Assembly: GCA_963674705.1 (NCBI GenBank)
Contig: OY771506.1
Location: forward strand, 864,001-928,000
DNA from: Phycisphaeraceae bacterium
GTDB lineage: Bacteria > Planctomycetota > Phycisphaerae > Phycisphaerales > Phycisphaeraceae
Length of the DNA: 64,000 nt
Direction: 5' to 3'
Positions 1-9,500 of the stretch are shown one piece after another. The notes beneath the pieces were generated by a model. The model worked only from the letters and a program-made list of their open reading frames with translations, did no database searches and had not been told where the DNA came from. How positions within the stretch are numbered: position 1 is the stretch's first letter; each line of letters begins with the position of its first letter. Position numbers and translations under genes: made by a program.

Positions 1-2047
1 AGAGGATGCCTTCACCGGTCTGCGTGATGGTCACATCACCATCAACAACAAGACCTGTCAGTGTCATGTCGTAGCCGGAGGTGAGGTCGAAGGTGTACGA
101 GCCGTCGGTTGTATCAAGTGTGACGTTTTCGCTGGATAGGTTAGCGCCCGAAGTTGAAAGTGCTGAGCCATCCTGTAATACGACGGAGGCGGTGCCGATG
201 GCGGTGGTGTTGGTCGCAAGTTCGGAAGCAGCAGCGACGGTGATGTCGGCGGATTGATCGATACTCAATGCACCGGTCAAGGTGAATGTGCCGCCGTCGA
301 TCGTCAGACCGCCGCTACTTAGCCCGGCAAGCGTTCCGGAGAAGGTGCCGCCTGTGATGGTAAGCGTTTCGGCGCCGGAGTTTTGGCCGAAGGCGACATT
401 GCCTGCGCCATTGAGCGAGCCCATCGATGAGGTGCCTTCGATCGCAAGGTTGGCGTTTTTATAGACCCAGACGTTGACGTTCGAGCCGAGGGTATCGGCG
501 GCAAAGGATACACCTTTGTTGATTGCCAGGTTGCCGCTGCCGGTGACGTCGCCGGTGACTTCAAGATTCGCCCCCACTGCTTCTGCGGCGTAATCTGCGC
601 CGGAGGCGATGTATGTTGCGTTGGAAGTGAGTTTGGCAACTTCCATGTTGCCGCCCAGCGTGAGAGAGGAAAGTTCGTTATCCCCTGCCACATTGATTTT
701 CGTCGTATCAGCGCCGGTGGAAACCGTGCCTAGAATACTGGAGTCCACGACATTCAACACGTCCGCGCCGCCGCCGGTGAGATCGATGTGGCCGGAGAGG
801 TTGGCCATATCTAAATAGAACGTGTCGACGCCCGAGCCACCAATGATCGACTTCTTGGTTCCACTGTCATTGAGGAATATCTTGGCGGTATCGCCGACGG
901 CATCCTCTGCACCTTCACCGACGAGCAGCACGGTGTTGGCGCCGTTTCCGAGGTTAATGTCGTCGCTGATATTGACGGTGGCTGTGCCGCTGGTTGTGTC
1001 TTCATCGTATTCGGTCGCGATATAAAGATGGTCGTCACCGACGCCGAGTGTGACGCCGGCGTCGAGATTGACGATCGCGTTACCCGATCCGTCGCCGATC
1101 ATCGCGGCGAGAGTAACGGTGTTATTGCCGCCGCCGAGATCGATCAGCCCGGTGATGTTGGTTGTAGCGTCCTGGTCGGTGAAAGTTTCCGCGCCGACTT
1201 CGATGAGGTCGTTCCCGCTGCCGGTGGTGACGGTGCCGTCGAGCTGCATCAGTGCGGCGCCTGTGCCGCCATCCACAATCGATTCGATCATCATCGCGTT
1301 GTTGCCGGCGCCAAGGTCGACGTTACCCGTGATGGCAGTGCTGACGTTTGCGGAATCACCGTCTTCCACTTCTGCGCCTGCTTCCAGGATGTCGACGCCG
1401 TCACAACCGTCAATGGACCCGGTAACGGTTGCATTGTCACCGACATGGATAAAGGAATTGAGTTGCGCGGATGTAAGTGTGTCAACAGCCGAGTCAGCGA
1501 TGTCGATCGCTCCGCCGCTGGCGCTTGCAGCGACTGTGCCGTTTTCAATGTTGACATAGAAAGCCTTCGTCGGGACCCAGTTCTCGAATACGTTTTGGGT
1601 AAAACCGTAGCTCGTATCGTCCGCCTCAAGATCATCTGCATCCAGGCTGCGCCAGCCGAGGGGGACACTGATGCTGGTGCCGCCGGAGATGGTGATCGTG
1701 GTGTTGGAGCCGGACTGGTCCTGCGCTGTTTTGCTGTCCCAGATACTGATCGCCTGAACCTGGCTGCCGTTGAGGATATCGACGTATCCGGCAGTTGCGG
1801 AAGCGTTCTGAACGATCATGCCGTTGACAGTGCTTGCACCGTCATCTATCTGGATGAGGAACGGCATCCAGTTGCCGCCAGGCGTACCGGTGGCGGTTGT
1901 GGTGGTGTAAGCCATTGTTTGGTTGCTGCCCGCGTCACCACCGTCGGAGCTGTTGCCCGTCGTGACATCCGCAGCCAGTACATAACCGGTAAACAGACAG
2001 GATGTCGTGGAAGCGATCATCCACGACCTTAGCCGGAAGTCTTGCAT
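1..2047 (-). CDS. Large secreted autotransporter/adhesin-like beta-helix passenger protein (5' part; runs off the window)
   Basis: Hand-translated open minus frame from ATG 2047 (SD AGGGGA): MQDFRLRSWMIASTTSCLFTGYVLAAD signal-like N-terminus, then Gly/Thr/Asp/Asn-rich repeats (IDLGGGNNTV, INLGNGANTV, GSLNGAGNV...GGTFSGTLAG...LTIDGGTFTLTG) typical of autotransporter-associated beta-strand repeats. Missing from the ORF track because there is no stop codon in the window. Confidence 0.75.
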   Translation of the reverse strand, partial: MQDFRLRSWMIASTTSCLFTGYVLAADVTTGNSSDGGDAGSNQTMAYTTTTATGTPGGNWMPFLIQIDDGASTVNGMIVQNASATAGYVDILNGSQVQAISIWDSKTAQDQSGSNTTITISGGTSISVPLGWRSLDADDLEADDTSYGFTQNVFENWVPTKAFYVNIENGTVAASASGGAIDIADSAVDTLTSAQLNSFIHVGDNATVTGSIDGCDGVDILEAGAEVEDGDSANVSTAITGNVDLGAGNNAMMIESIVDGGTGAALMQLDGTVTTGSGNDLIEVGAETFTDQDATTNITGLIDLGGGNNTVTLAAMIGDGSGNAIVNLDAGVTLGVGDDHLYIATEYDEDTTSGTATVNISDDINLGNGANTVLLVGEGAEDAVGDTAKIFLNDSGTKKSIIGGSGVDTFYLDMANLSGHIDLTGGGADVLNVVDSSILGTVSTGADTTKINVAGDNELSSLTLGGNMEVAKLTSNATYIASGADYAAEAVGANLEVTGDVTGSGNLAINKGVSFAADTLGSNVNVWVYKNANLAIEGTSSMGSLNGAGNVAFGQNSGAETLTITGGTFSGTLAGLSSGGLTIDGGTFTLTGALSIDQSADITVAAASELATNTTAIGTASVVLQDGSALSTSGANLSSENVTLDTTDGSYTFDLTSGYDMTLTGLVVDGDVTITQTGEGIL

Positions 2048-2339
2048 TGTGGGTTCCCCTGATAACTTTGCCAGATCAAGTGTGTTTGAACGATAACACG
2101 GTTAAGCCAATAATAATACATAATCGTCTTGACACGCTTGGTTTCTTGAACAAATCAACGCTATCAAACGTGAATGGTTGGCTTGTTCGGTCTTAACAAA
2201 CCACAAAAAAGAAGGATCAGCAACAGCTAACTGGTCGGCAAGCATGTCGAGGTGTCTATGGCTAGATTAGAATTAATTAAAACAAGCGATGCTTTTCGTT
2301 TGTTAACTTACCGAGCAACCAGAGAAAACGAGTGACCCC

Positions 2340-2969
2340 ATGAATGTATCGAAGGATTACGATCTGTGGTCTGACATCTATGACAGTAATGTGAACAGGA
2401 CACGTGATCTGGATGCGGCCGTAGTACGTCGGCAACTGGGAGGCAAACAGTTTCGATCGGTTGTGGAGATCGGGTGTGGAACGGGTAAGAACACTGCGTT
2501 TCTGGCGACACTCGCTGATGCCGTGCATGCGTTTGACTTTTCCGAGGGGATGCTGGCGATTGCGCGGGAGAAGGTGTTGGATGACCATATTGTGTTCGAG
2601 CAGTTGGATGTGACGCAGCGATGGCCGTGTGATGACGGGGCACATGACCTGGTGATGTGTAACCTGGTGCTTGAGCATATTCAGGTATTGGATGGCGTAT
2701 TTGCTGAAGCGTATCGGGTGATTGAGTCGGGCGGGATGTTTTTCATCAGTGAATTGCACCCGGCCAAACAATACCTGGGCAGCGTTGCGCGGTTCGAGCA
2801 TGAAGGGCAGATGGTGCGGGTGGATGCGTACACGCATCACGTTAGTGAGTTCACCAGCGCGGGATTCGGTGTGGGGTTTAAATTAGTGGACCTGATGGAA
2901 TCGTGGCACGAGGAAGATGAGGCAAATGGGCCGCCACGGTTGCTGACGCTTGTATTCCGCAAGTCATGA
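2340..2969 (+). CDS. Class I SAM-dependent methyltransferase
   Basis: VVEIGCGTG motif I, AFDFSEGML motif II, DLVMCNLVLEHI. Confidence 0.9.
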   Translation: MNVSKDYDLWSDIYDSNVNRTRDLDAAVVRRQLGGKQFRSVVEIGCGTGKNTAFLATLADAVHAFDFSEGMLAIAREKVLDDHIVFEQLDVTQRWPCDDGAHDLVMCNLVLEHIQVLDGVFAEAYRVIESGGMFFISELHPAKQYLGSVARFEHEGQMVRVDAYTHHVSEFTSAGFGVGFKLVDLMESWHEEDEANGPPRLLTLVFRKS

Positions 2970-3105
2970 ACACAATACGAAATCATCCACGTATCGCATA
3001 CCTGCCTGTGCGCTGCGGCGATAAATATTTCTAAGAAAAAGTCCTCAAATTAAAGCGCTTGCCACTGAATCCTTTTCAAACATTCGTCCCCGGACAGCCC
3101 ATACG

Positions 3106-3126
3106 TGGTGTATGATGTACACACCA
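3106..3126. promoter_or_regulatory. Palindromic operator candidate overlapping a -10 box upstream of the pfkB-fsa pair
   Basis: TGGTGT-N9-ACACCA inverted repeat that includes TATGAT. Confidence 0.4.
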
Positions 3127-3142
3127 GTCAGATGTGCGAGAG

Positions 3143-4147
3143 ATGATCATCAACAGTGCCGCGACTAAGTTGTTCACCGCTAATAAACCGACGCATCAGT
3201 GCGTGGTATTAGGTACGGTGGTATCGGATGTGAAGGTTCAGGTGAACCGCGAATCGCTCTTGCCCGGGGCGACGGTGATCTGTGATGATCCGCGGTGGTC
3301 GCTGGGCGGTAACGCGGGGCGATGTTCAGCGATACTTGCTGCGCTTGGTGTGGATGTCACGTTGATCGGCGATGTGGGTTCGGACCTGCCGGGCCGACGT
3401 ATCGTTGAGCAGTTGCAGAAGTTATCCGTAAATGTGGACAGCGTGCAGAAGCATGGAGATTACGCAACCTCTTCCACAACGGCGCTTGTCGGCGAGGACG
3501 GCGAGCGGACACTGATCCATAACTACGGCGCAAATGCGTGTCTTGACATTTCGGCGCTCGATCGGATGAAAAGAGTTTTAAAGGCCGGCGACGTATTCAT
3601 GATCTGCGGGGCCCGGTTGCTGCCGGGACTGTCGTTTAACGACGTTGGCAGTTTCTTTGACTATGCTCGGGAGGTCGGCGCAATATCGGTATATGACACG
3701 ACCAAACGCCCCGAGGGTTCGCTGGCAGACGATCTTGGCCCCGTGCTGTCGAGCGTGGATGTATTTTGCACGAGCATGGGTGAAGCGCAAGAAGACTGGG
3801 CCGCCTCGGATGCGCATCAAGTTACACAGCACCTGTCGAAGTTATGCAAAGGATCGGTCGTTGTGAAAGACGGCGGTGAGGGGGCATGGTTTGCAGTCAA
3901 AAATAAAAATGTAGGCCACTGTGTTGCGCCGCGCGTCGAGGTTATCGACACAACAGGTGCGGGTGATTCGTTTATGGCGGGCCTGCTTTACGGGTTGGCA
4001 TGCAATCAAACATTAGGTGATGCCGTATGCGGGGGTGTGGCGGTTGGTTCGCTATCGGTATCACAAAGTCATGATGTTTGCGATGGTGTATCCATTGAAC
4101 GTTTACAGATGATGGCCGGGTCTATGACCTGTGAAGCCGTCGATTAG
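3143..4147 (+). CDS. PfkB/ribokinase-family carbohydrate kinase
   Basis: LGGNAG, IGDVGSDLPG, VVVKDGGEGA, and the VIDTTGAGDSFMAG PfkB signature 2. Start uncertain (3134 or 3143). Confidence 0.9.
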   Translation: MIINSAATKLFTANKPTHQCVVLGTVVSDVKVQVNRESLLPGATVICDDPRWSLGGNAGRCSAILAALGVDVTLIGDVGSDLPGRRIVEQLQKLSVNVDSVQKHGDYATSSTTALVGEDGERTLIHNYGANACLDISALDRMKRVLKAGDVFMICGARLLPGLSFNDVGSFFDYAREVGAISVYDTTKRPEGSLADDLGPVLSSVDVFCTSMGEAQEDWAASDAHQVTQHLSKLCKGSVVVKDGGEGAWFAVKNKNVGHCVAPRVEVIDTTGAGDSFMAGLLYGLACNQTLGDAVCGGVAVGSLSVSQSHDVCDGVSIERLQMMAGSMTCEAVD

Positions 4148-4176
4148 ATAGTTAAGGAACCGAAGGGAAAATGGCT

Positions 4177-4824
4177 ATGGAATTCTGGCTTGCCGATGCG
4201 GACCCGGATCGTGTGTCCCGAGCGATGGCGTCCGGCGTGTTTTCCGGCGTGATTACAAACCCGGCGGTGGTGTCCGCGACTAAAACGAATCCCGAAAAGC
4301 TGTTCGCCAAGCTGTGTGAGCTTGCGCCGGTCTGCTGGTATCAACTGCGGCACGGCAGCGAAAGCGAGATGATCGAAGAGGCGAATCGTATGGTCGCGGT
4401 TGATCCGAAGCGGATGCGGATCAAGGTACCTTCGACGCGTGCGGGGCTGGCGGTAATTAAACAGCTCAAAGCAAAAGGCTGGACGATCATGGCGACGTGC
4501 GTGCCGACGGCACCCTGGATGATGCTGGCGTGCGCTGCCGGTGCAGACTACATCGCGCCGTACGGCAGCATGCTTCAGAAGCGTGGGATCCACGGCAAAT
4601 ATGCCGAAGTGCGCAACATGCAGGCGCTGATCGATCGGCAACAGATGGATGTCAAGATCTGCACGGGCTTGTATTCAGTAACGGAGATCGAAGACTTCGC
4701 GGCCGTCGGTGTGAAAGCGGGGTTCGTCTGGGGCAAGGATGTGGAAGACTTCCTGACGCAGCCGATCGCCGAAGAAGCTGCACAAGCATTTGAGAAAGAC
4801 TGGGACGCGATCAGCGGGTATTAG
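4177..4824 (+). CDS. Fructose-6-phosphate aldolase (FSA)/TalC-family class I aldolase, divergent
   Basis: GVITNP, Schiff-base Lys in IKVP, YIAPY. Tyr and Gln (WYQL) at the FSA-diagnostic positions. Confidence 0.85.
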   Translation: MEFWLADADPDRVSRAMASGVFSGVITNPAVVSATKTNPEKLFAKLCELAPVCWYQLRHGSESEMIEEANRMVAVDPKRMRIKVPSTRAGLAVIKQLKAKGWTIMATCVPTAPWMMLACAAGADYIAPYGSMLQKRGIHGKYAEVRNMQALIDRQQMDVKICTGLYSVTEIEDFAAVGVKAGFVWGKDVEDFLTQPIAEEAAQAFEKDWDAISGY

Positions 4825-4934
4825 TGATTGCCCCCTGCTGATGTTTGTAAGAATCCCAGACGCTTAATGGACCAAATCATGCGTTGATATCGCGGTGGTT
4901 GGCCTCAGGTTGTTCGGGGTTGTATCGTATTGAT

Positions 4935-6503
4935 ATGACTTATTTGACAGCAGCGATCATGGTGACCGATCTCGAACAGGCCCTTGCCGAGAGTGCCCGC
5001 GCGGCCGAGCGCGGGGCAGACCTGGTGGAGTTCAGGATTGACTCATTTACGGATAACCCCGACGCGGTGACGGAGCTGGTGCAGCGATCGGCGCTGCCTT
5101 GCATCATCACGTGTAGGCCCACGTGGGAAGGTGGCGCTTATGACGGGGATGAGCAGACGCGGATCAGCGTGATCGAGCATGCCGGGATAGGCGCGCGGAA
5201 ACCGGCTTATATCGATATCGAACTCAAAGCGTGGCAGTCGTCAGCCAACCTGCGGCAAAAGGTGTCCCTGGTTGTGGACGACCCGAACCGCCCACGCCAG
5301 ACAGACACGGGATTGATCCTGTCATCGCATGACTTCGAGTCTAGGCCCAGCGATCTGATCCGCAAGATCAAGGACATGGCTGATGAACCGCTTTGCCGGG
5401 TCATCAAAGTGGCGTGGCGAGCGAGATCGTTGCGTGACAACCTCGAAGCGTTTGAGTTGATCGGGCAACAGGTCAAGCCGACGATCGCGCTTTGTATGGA
5501 TGAGTGCGGATTGCCCTCGCGTGTGTTGGCGAAGAAGTTCGGCGCGATGCTGACGTTTGCGGCACTGGGTGAAGGGGCCGGCACAGCGGTCGGGCAGCCG
5601 ACGCTCGAACAGATTAAGGGGCTGTACCGGTGGGATAAGTTGAACAAAGACACGCGCGTGTTCGGCGTGATCGGGTATCCGGTCGGGCATTCGATGAGTC
5701 CGGCGATACACAACGCCAGTTTCGAGGCGGCGGGTGTGAACGCGGTGTACCTGCCGATGCCGATCCCGCCAGAGTACGAACACTTCAAGGCAACCGTGTC
5801 GAGCTGGCTCGCGGAACCCGATCTGCACTTCGGCGGCGCGAGCGTGACGATCCCGCATAAAGAGAACCTGCTTCGGTTCGTGGCTGAGCAAGGCGGAGAG
5901 GTAGAAGAACTTTCCCAAAAGATCGGCGCAGCGAACACGCTGACGGTCCGGGAAGACGGCTCGTTGTATGCCTGCAACACGGATTACGCCGCGGCGCTGG
6001 ACGCGGTTTGCAATGGGCTTGGGATCGAACGCGACGGATTGAAGGGCAAACGTGTTACGGTGATCGGCGGCGGTGGCGTGGGACGGGCGGTGGTCGCGGG
6101 GTTCAGCGCGTATGGAGCGAAAGTCACGGTCTACGACCTCGTCGCTGAACGATCGCAAGCTTTGGCTGAAGAATTCGATGCCCAGGCTGCTGCGCTGGAT
6201 GACCTGCCGACAAGCGAAGCCGATGTCTACATTAACTGCTCGCCGATCGGGATGCACCCGAAGATCGATGCGTCACCCATGGCGGCCAACGAACATTGGA
6301 AGCCGGGCGTGGTCATGTTTGACGCGATTTACAACCCGGCTCAAACCAAGTTCCTGAAAGACGCCGCGGCCGTCGGCTGCACGACGATTTCAGGGATGGA
6401 AATGTTCATAGGCCAGGGCGCTGCGCAATTCGAACGCTGGACAGGCGTGGATGCACCGCTGGATGTTTTCAGGCGGGTGTTGGAAGAAAAACTTCGGGGA
6501 TGA
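4935..6503 (+). CDS. aroE: Bifunctional type I 3-dehydroquinate dehydratase / shikimate dehydrogenase
   Basis: N-terminal AroD (ADLVEFRID, IITCRPTWEGG, LSSHDF, IKVA) fused to AroE (GYPVGHSMSPAIHN, SVTIPHK, IGAANT, NTDY, GGGGVGRA). Confidence 0.95.
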   Translation: MTYLTAAIMVTDLEQALAESARAAERGADLVEFRIDSFTDNPDAVTELVQRSALPCIITCRPTWEGGAYDGDEQTRISVIEHAGIGARKPAYIDIELKAWQSSANLRQKVSLVVDDPNRPRQTDTGLILSSHDFESRPSDLIRKIKDMADEPLCRVIKVAWRARSLRDNLEAFELIGQQVKPTIALCMDECGLPSRVLAKKFGAMLTFAALGEGAGTAVGQPTLEQIKGLYRWDKLNKDTRVFGVIGYPVGHSMSPAIHNASFEAAGVNAVYLPMPIPPEYEHFKATVSSWLAEPDLHFGGASVTIPHKENLLRFVAEQGGEVEELSQKIGAANTLTVREDGSLYACNTDYAAALDAVCNGLGIERDGLKGKRVTVIGGGGVGRAVVAGFSAYGAKVTVYDLVAERSQALAEEFDAQAAALDDLPTSEADVYINCSPIGMHPKIDASPMAANEHWKPGVVMFDAIYNPAQTKFLKDAAAVGCTTISGMEMFIGQGAAQFERWTGVDAPLDVFRRVLEEKLRG

Positions 6504-6557
6504 ATCTGAAAGAGCGCTAAGCCCTGAGCGACTTATTTTTAGTGATCGCGTGAGGGA

Positions 6558-7382
6558 TTACTTGGATATTTTGCGCATGTGGCGGCGCATGATGTGGGCG
6601 GCGAATCGTGGGCATGCGGTACCGAGGGCGACGGCGAGCCGGGCGAACGGGGACGGCCAGACTTCAGGACGCGGACGACGCAATGCACGGACAATGCAGT
6701 TGGCGACGTGTTCAGCAGTTTGCGTCAGCGCCTTGGGCGTGTTCGAGCCGCGTTCGGCGGCCTGCTTATCGGTTGATTTGGTGCGTGCTTGCTCACCAAA
6801 CTCAGTAGTCGTGCCGACAGGGTGAACGCTTGTCACATAGATGCCTTCGTCGGCAAGTTCGGCACGCATCGCCCCGGCGACCGAATCTTGCGCCGCTTTG
6901 GTCGCACAATAAGCGCCGAACTTCGGCACACCGACTTCGCTGGCAACGGATGAACAGATCAATAAGTGATTCAGGCCGCCCTGGTTTTGTTTCAGGTAGG
7001 GTGTCGCGGCGCGGAGGGTGCGCAGTGTGCCGTAGTAATTGGTTTCGAAGATGTCGCGGTGTGCTTGAAGATCGGTATCGAGAACGGAGCCGAACATGCC
7101 GTAGCCCGCGTTGGCGAAAGCGACGTCGAGTCGTCCGAATGCCCGCCATGATTGATCGAACAGCTGATCGACATCTTCATCCCGATTGACATCACAAGGC
7201 ACGGCCAAGGCGCGTCGGCCTATCGTTTCGATCTGCTCGGCGACGGTTTCGAGCTTTTCAACACGCCGAGCGGCGAGCACGATATCCATCCCGGCCCGGG
7301 CGCAGGCGAGCGCGGTGGCGGCACCGATGCCCGAGCTGGCGCCGGTGATCACAATGAGTTTGTCGGTCAGGTCGCGTGCCAT
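6558..7382 (-). CDS. SDR-family oxidoreductase
   Basis: ITGASSGIG, FANAG, catalytic YCATK. Confidence 0.93.
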   Translation of the reverse strand: MARDLTDKLIVITGASSGIGAATALACARAGMDIVLAARRVEKLETVAEQIETIGRRALAVPCDVNRDEDVDQLFDQSWRAFGRLDVAFANAGYGMFGSVLDTDLQAHRDIFETNYYGTLRTLRAATPYLKQNQGGLNHLLICSSVASEVGVPKFGAYCATKAAQDSVAGAMRAELADEGIYVTSVHPVGTTTEFGEQARTKSTDKQAAERGSNTPKALTQTAEHVANCIVRALRRPRPEVWPSPFARLAVALGTACPRFAAHIMRRHMRKISK

Positions 7383-7576
7383 GTGCTGGTAGTCTACGCG
7401 GAGAAGGCAGGAAGGTATATTGCGGCGATTGCGATCTGGCATGGCCAAAGGGCCTGACCCGGGCGTGTCAGTTTGAATATTAAGTGAATATCTTTGACGG
7501 GGCGGGGCATGATGAGCGGCGGGGTGTTATACGCTACATTATTCTCCTTAACATCAGTAACCTTGGAGTTCTTGCC

Positions 7577-8536
7577 ATGCCCCAGATTGATATGCCTTTG
7601 GAAGAGCTGAAGACCTACGGCGGGATCAACCCGAAGCCTGCGGATTTTGATGCCTACTGGCAGCGTGCGTTTGATGAATTGGACCAAGTTGACCCGCAGG
7701 TGGAGCTGAAGCCGGCCGAATTCCAGGCCGCGTACGCTGAATGCTTCGACCTGTTTTTTACCGGCGTGGGCGGGGCGCGGGTGCATGCGAAGTATCTGCG
7801 TAACAAGGCGGTCAAGGGCACGGGCCCGGCGGTGCTGGAGTTTCACGGCTATTCGGGGTCGGCGGGTAATTGGGCATCGAAGCTGGCATGGGTTGCAGCG
7901 GGGATGAGCGTTGCCTCGCTGGACGTGCGTGGCCAGGGCGGGCTCAGTGAGGATGTATGGTCCAGCAAGGGTACAACGTTGCGGGGTCACATCATCCGCG
8001 GGCTCGAAGATCATCCCGACAAGCTGTTCTACCGTAACGTGTTCCTGGATACGGCTCTGCTGGCGCGGATCGTCATGGGCTTTGATGAAGTAGATGCGGA
8101 TCGTGTCGGTGCGACAGGTGGATCACAGGGCGGCGCGCTGACGCTTGCATGTGCGGCATTGGAGCCTCGCATCAAACGTGCGGCGGCGACTTACCCGTTC
8201 CTCTGCGATTACAAGCGCGTCTGGGAATTAGACCTGATCAAACTCGCCTACGCGGAGATCTCCGACTTCTTCCGCAAGCACGATCCCACGCATAAGCATA
8301 TCGATATGTGGTGGGAGCGCCTGGGTTACATCGATATTCAGCATTTGGCCCCGCGCATCAAGGCGGAGGTGTTGATGGCAACGGCCCTGATGGATGATTG
8401 CTGCCCACCGTCCACCCAATTCGCGGCTTATAACAAGATCGCATCGCCGAAACACCTGCTTGTTTATCCCGACTACGCGCATGAACGGCTACCGGATTTT
8501 GATGACCACGTATTTACGTTCCTAAGTGGGTTGTGA
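7577..8536 (+). CDS. Acetyl xylan esterase / cephalosporin-C deacetylase (CE7)
   Basis: MPQIDMPLEELKTY start with SD GGAG; RGQ motif, GGSQGG nucleophile, DDCCPPSTQFAAYN, HE. Confidence 0.93.
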   Translation: MPQIDMPLEELKTYGGINPKPADFDAYWQRAFDELDQVDPQVELKPAEFQAAYAECFDLFFTGVGGARVHAKYLRNKAVKGTGPAVLEFHGYSGSAGNWASKLAWVAAGMSVASLDVRGQGGLSEDVWSSKGTTLRGHIIRGLEDHPDKLFYRNVFLDTALLARIVMGFDEVDADRVGATGGSQGGALTLACAALEPRIKRAAATYPFLCDYKRVWELDLIKLAYAEISDFFRKHDPTHKHIDMWWERLGYIDIQHLAPRIKAEVLMATALMDDCCPPSTQFAAYNKIASPKHLLVYPDYAHERLPDFDDHVFTFLSGL

Positions 8537-8768
8537 TAACGCACAAGAGGATTTGAACTTCTTAGTGCTTTATCCAGAAGATGTGATTAATAAACAGCGG
8601 CTCGTGCCTGGCATACCCGCACATGGGTGTAACGTTGTATTTTGATGGATATTGCTGCTGTATACCCTTGCTTAGCTCTAGACTTAATAAGAATCCAGGG
8701 TGTACAATTAGTTTGTATTCGCATTCACAATTCATGTCCCGCAAACATCCATTCAAGGAGACCACATC

Positions 8769-9311
8769 ATGCGCCCGATCACGCTGATTCTTGGTTTGTT
8801 GATTTTGGTTGTGCTGGTTGGCTGTTCATCCGCGCCTAAAACGGAGGCGGCGGGTGAAAACAGGATTCAAGATGCACGGGTTACGATCGAACGATTTAAA
8901 GAAGCAGACCCCTCGATCAGTCAAACCTTCTTCAAACATGCGGTTGGCTGGGCGGTATTCCCGGATGTGGGCAAGGGGGGTGTGGGTGTAGGCGGCGCGT
9001 ATGGCAAGGGCGTGCTTTTTGAAGATGGTAACGCCGTCGGGTATTGCGACCTTGCCCAAGCCTCGATCGGATTCCAATTGGGCGGGCAGGTGTATTCCGA
9101 ACTTATTTTCTTTGAACACGAAACAGCACTTCAAGAATTCAAGTCGGGCACCATGGAGTTCGCGGCACAGGCTTCTGCGGTTGCCGCTGGGGCCGACGCA
9201 TCTGTCAACGCGGATTATGAGAACGGTGTAGCCGTCTTCACCATCAGCGGTAAAGGGCTTATGTATGAAGCTTCTATTGGCGGGCAGAAGTTCGACTATA
9301 CGCCTAAGTAG
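8769..9311 (+). CDS. SYLF/Ysc84 lipid-binding domain lipoprotein
   Basis: Lipobox LVGC; AVFPDVGKGGVGVGGAYGKG, SIGFQLGGQ, GLMYEASIGGQKF. Confidence 0.88.
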   Translation: MRPITLILGLLILVVLVGCSSAPKTEAAGENRIQDARVTIERFKEADPSISQTFFKHAVGWAVFPDVGKGGVGVGGAYGKGVLFEDGNAVGYCDLAQASIGFQLGGQVYSELIFFEHETALQEFKSGTMEFAAQASAVAAGADASVNADYENGVAVFTISGKGLMYEASIGGQKFDYTPK

Positions 9312-9340
9312 AAAGATAAGGCTTTCTAAACACAACCACA

Positions 9341-9370
9341 GCCTCGGGCAGAACGCCCGAGGTTTTTATT
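9341..9370 (+). terminator. Rho-independent terminator
   Basis: GCCTCGGGC-AGAAC-GCCCGAGGT followed by a T-tract. Confidence 0.8.
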
Positions 9371-9500
9371 TGACCGGGCTTAATTTGTAACGGATTGAGT
9401 GTGTATTACAGAACCAGCCGGCTTTATCACCATCAATTCATACATAATACCGATGACGCCACATTACTTCTGGGCCTAAAGTGATGGCCTGGAAGTTAGT

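Noticed and set aside
1028..2032. 334-aa plus-strand ORF and other long antisense ORFs (e.g. 5322-6257, 19061-20137, 38084-39208, 60592-61674)
   Set aside because: Shadow frames of well-supported genes on the opposite strand in GC-rich DNA.
4935..6503. AroD-AroE fusion as a novelty
   Set aside because: Already known in planctomycetes, chlamydiae and plants.
9455..9497. c-di-GMP-I riboswitch-like fragment (GACGC..GGCCTAAA..)
   Set aside because: It lacks the GGCAAA/GNRA P2 stem and lies between convergent gene ends; probably a simple hairpin.
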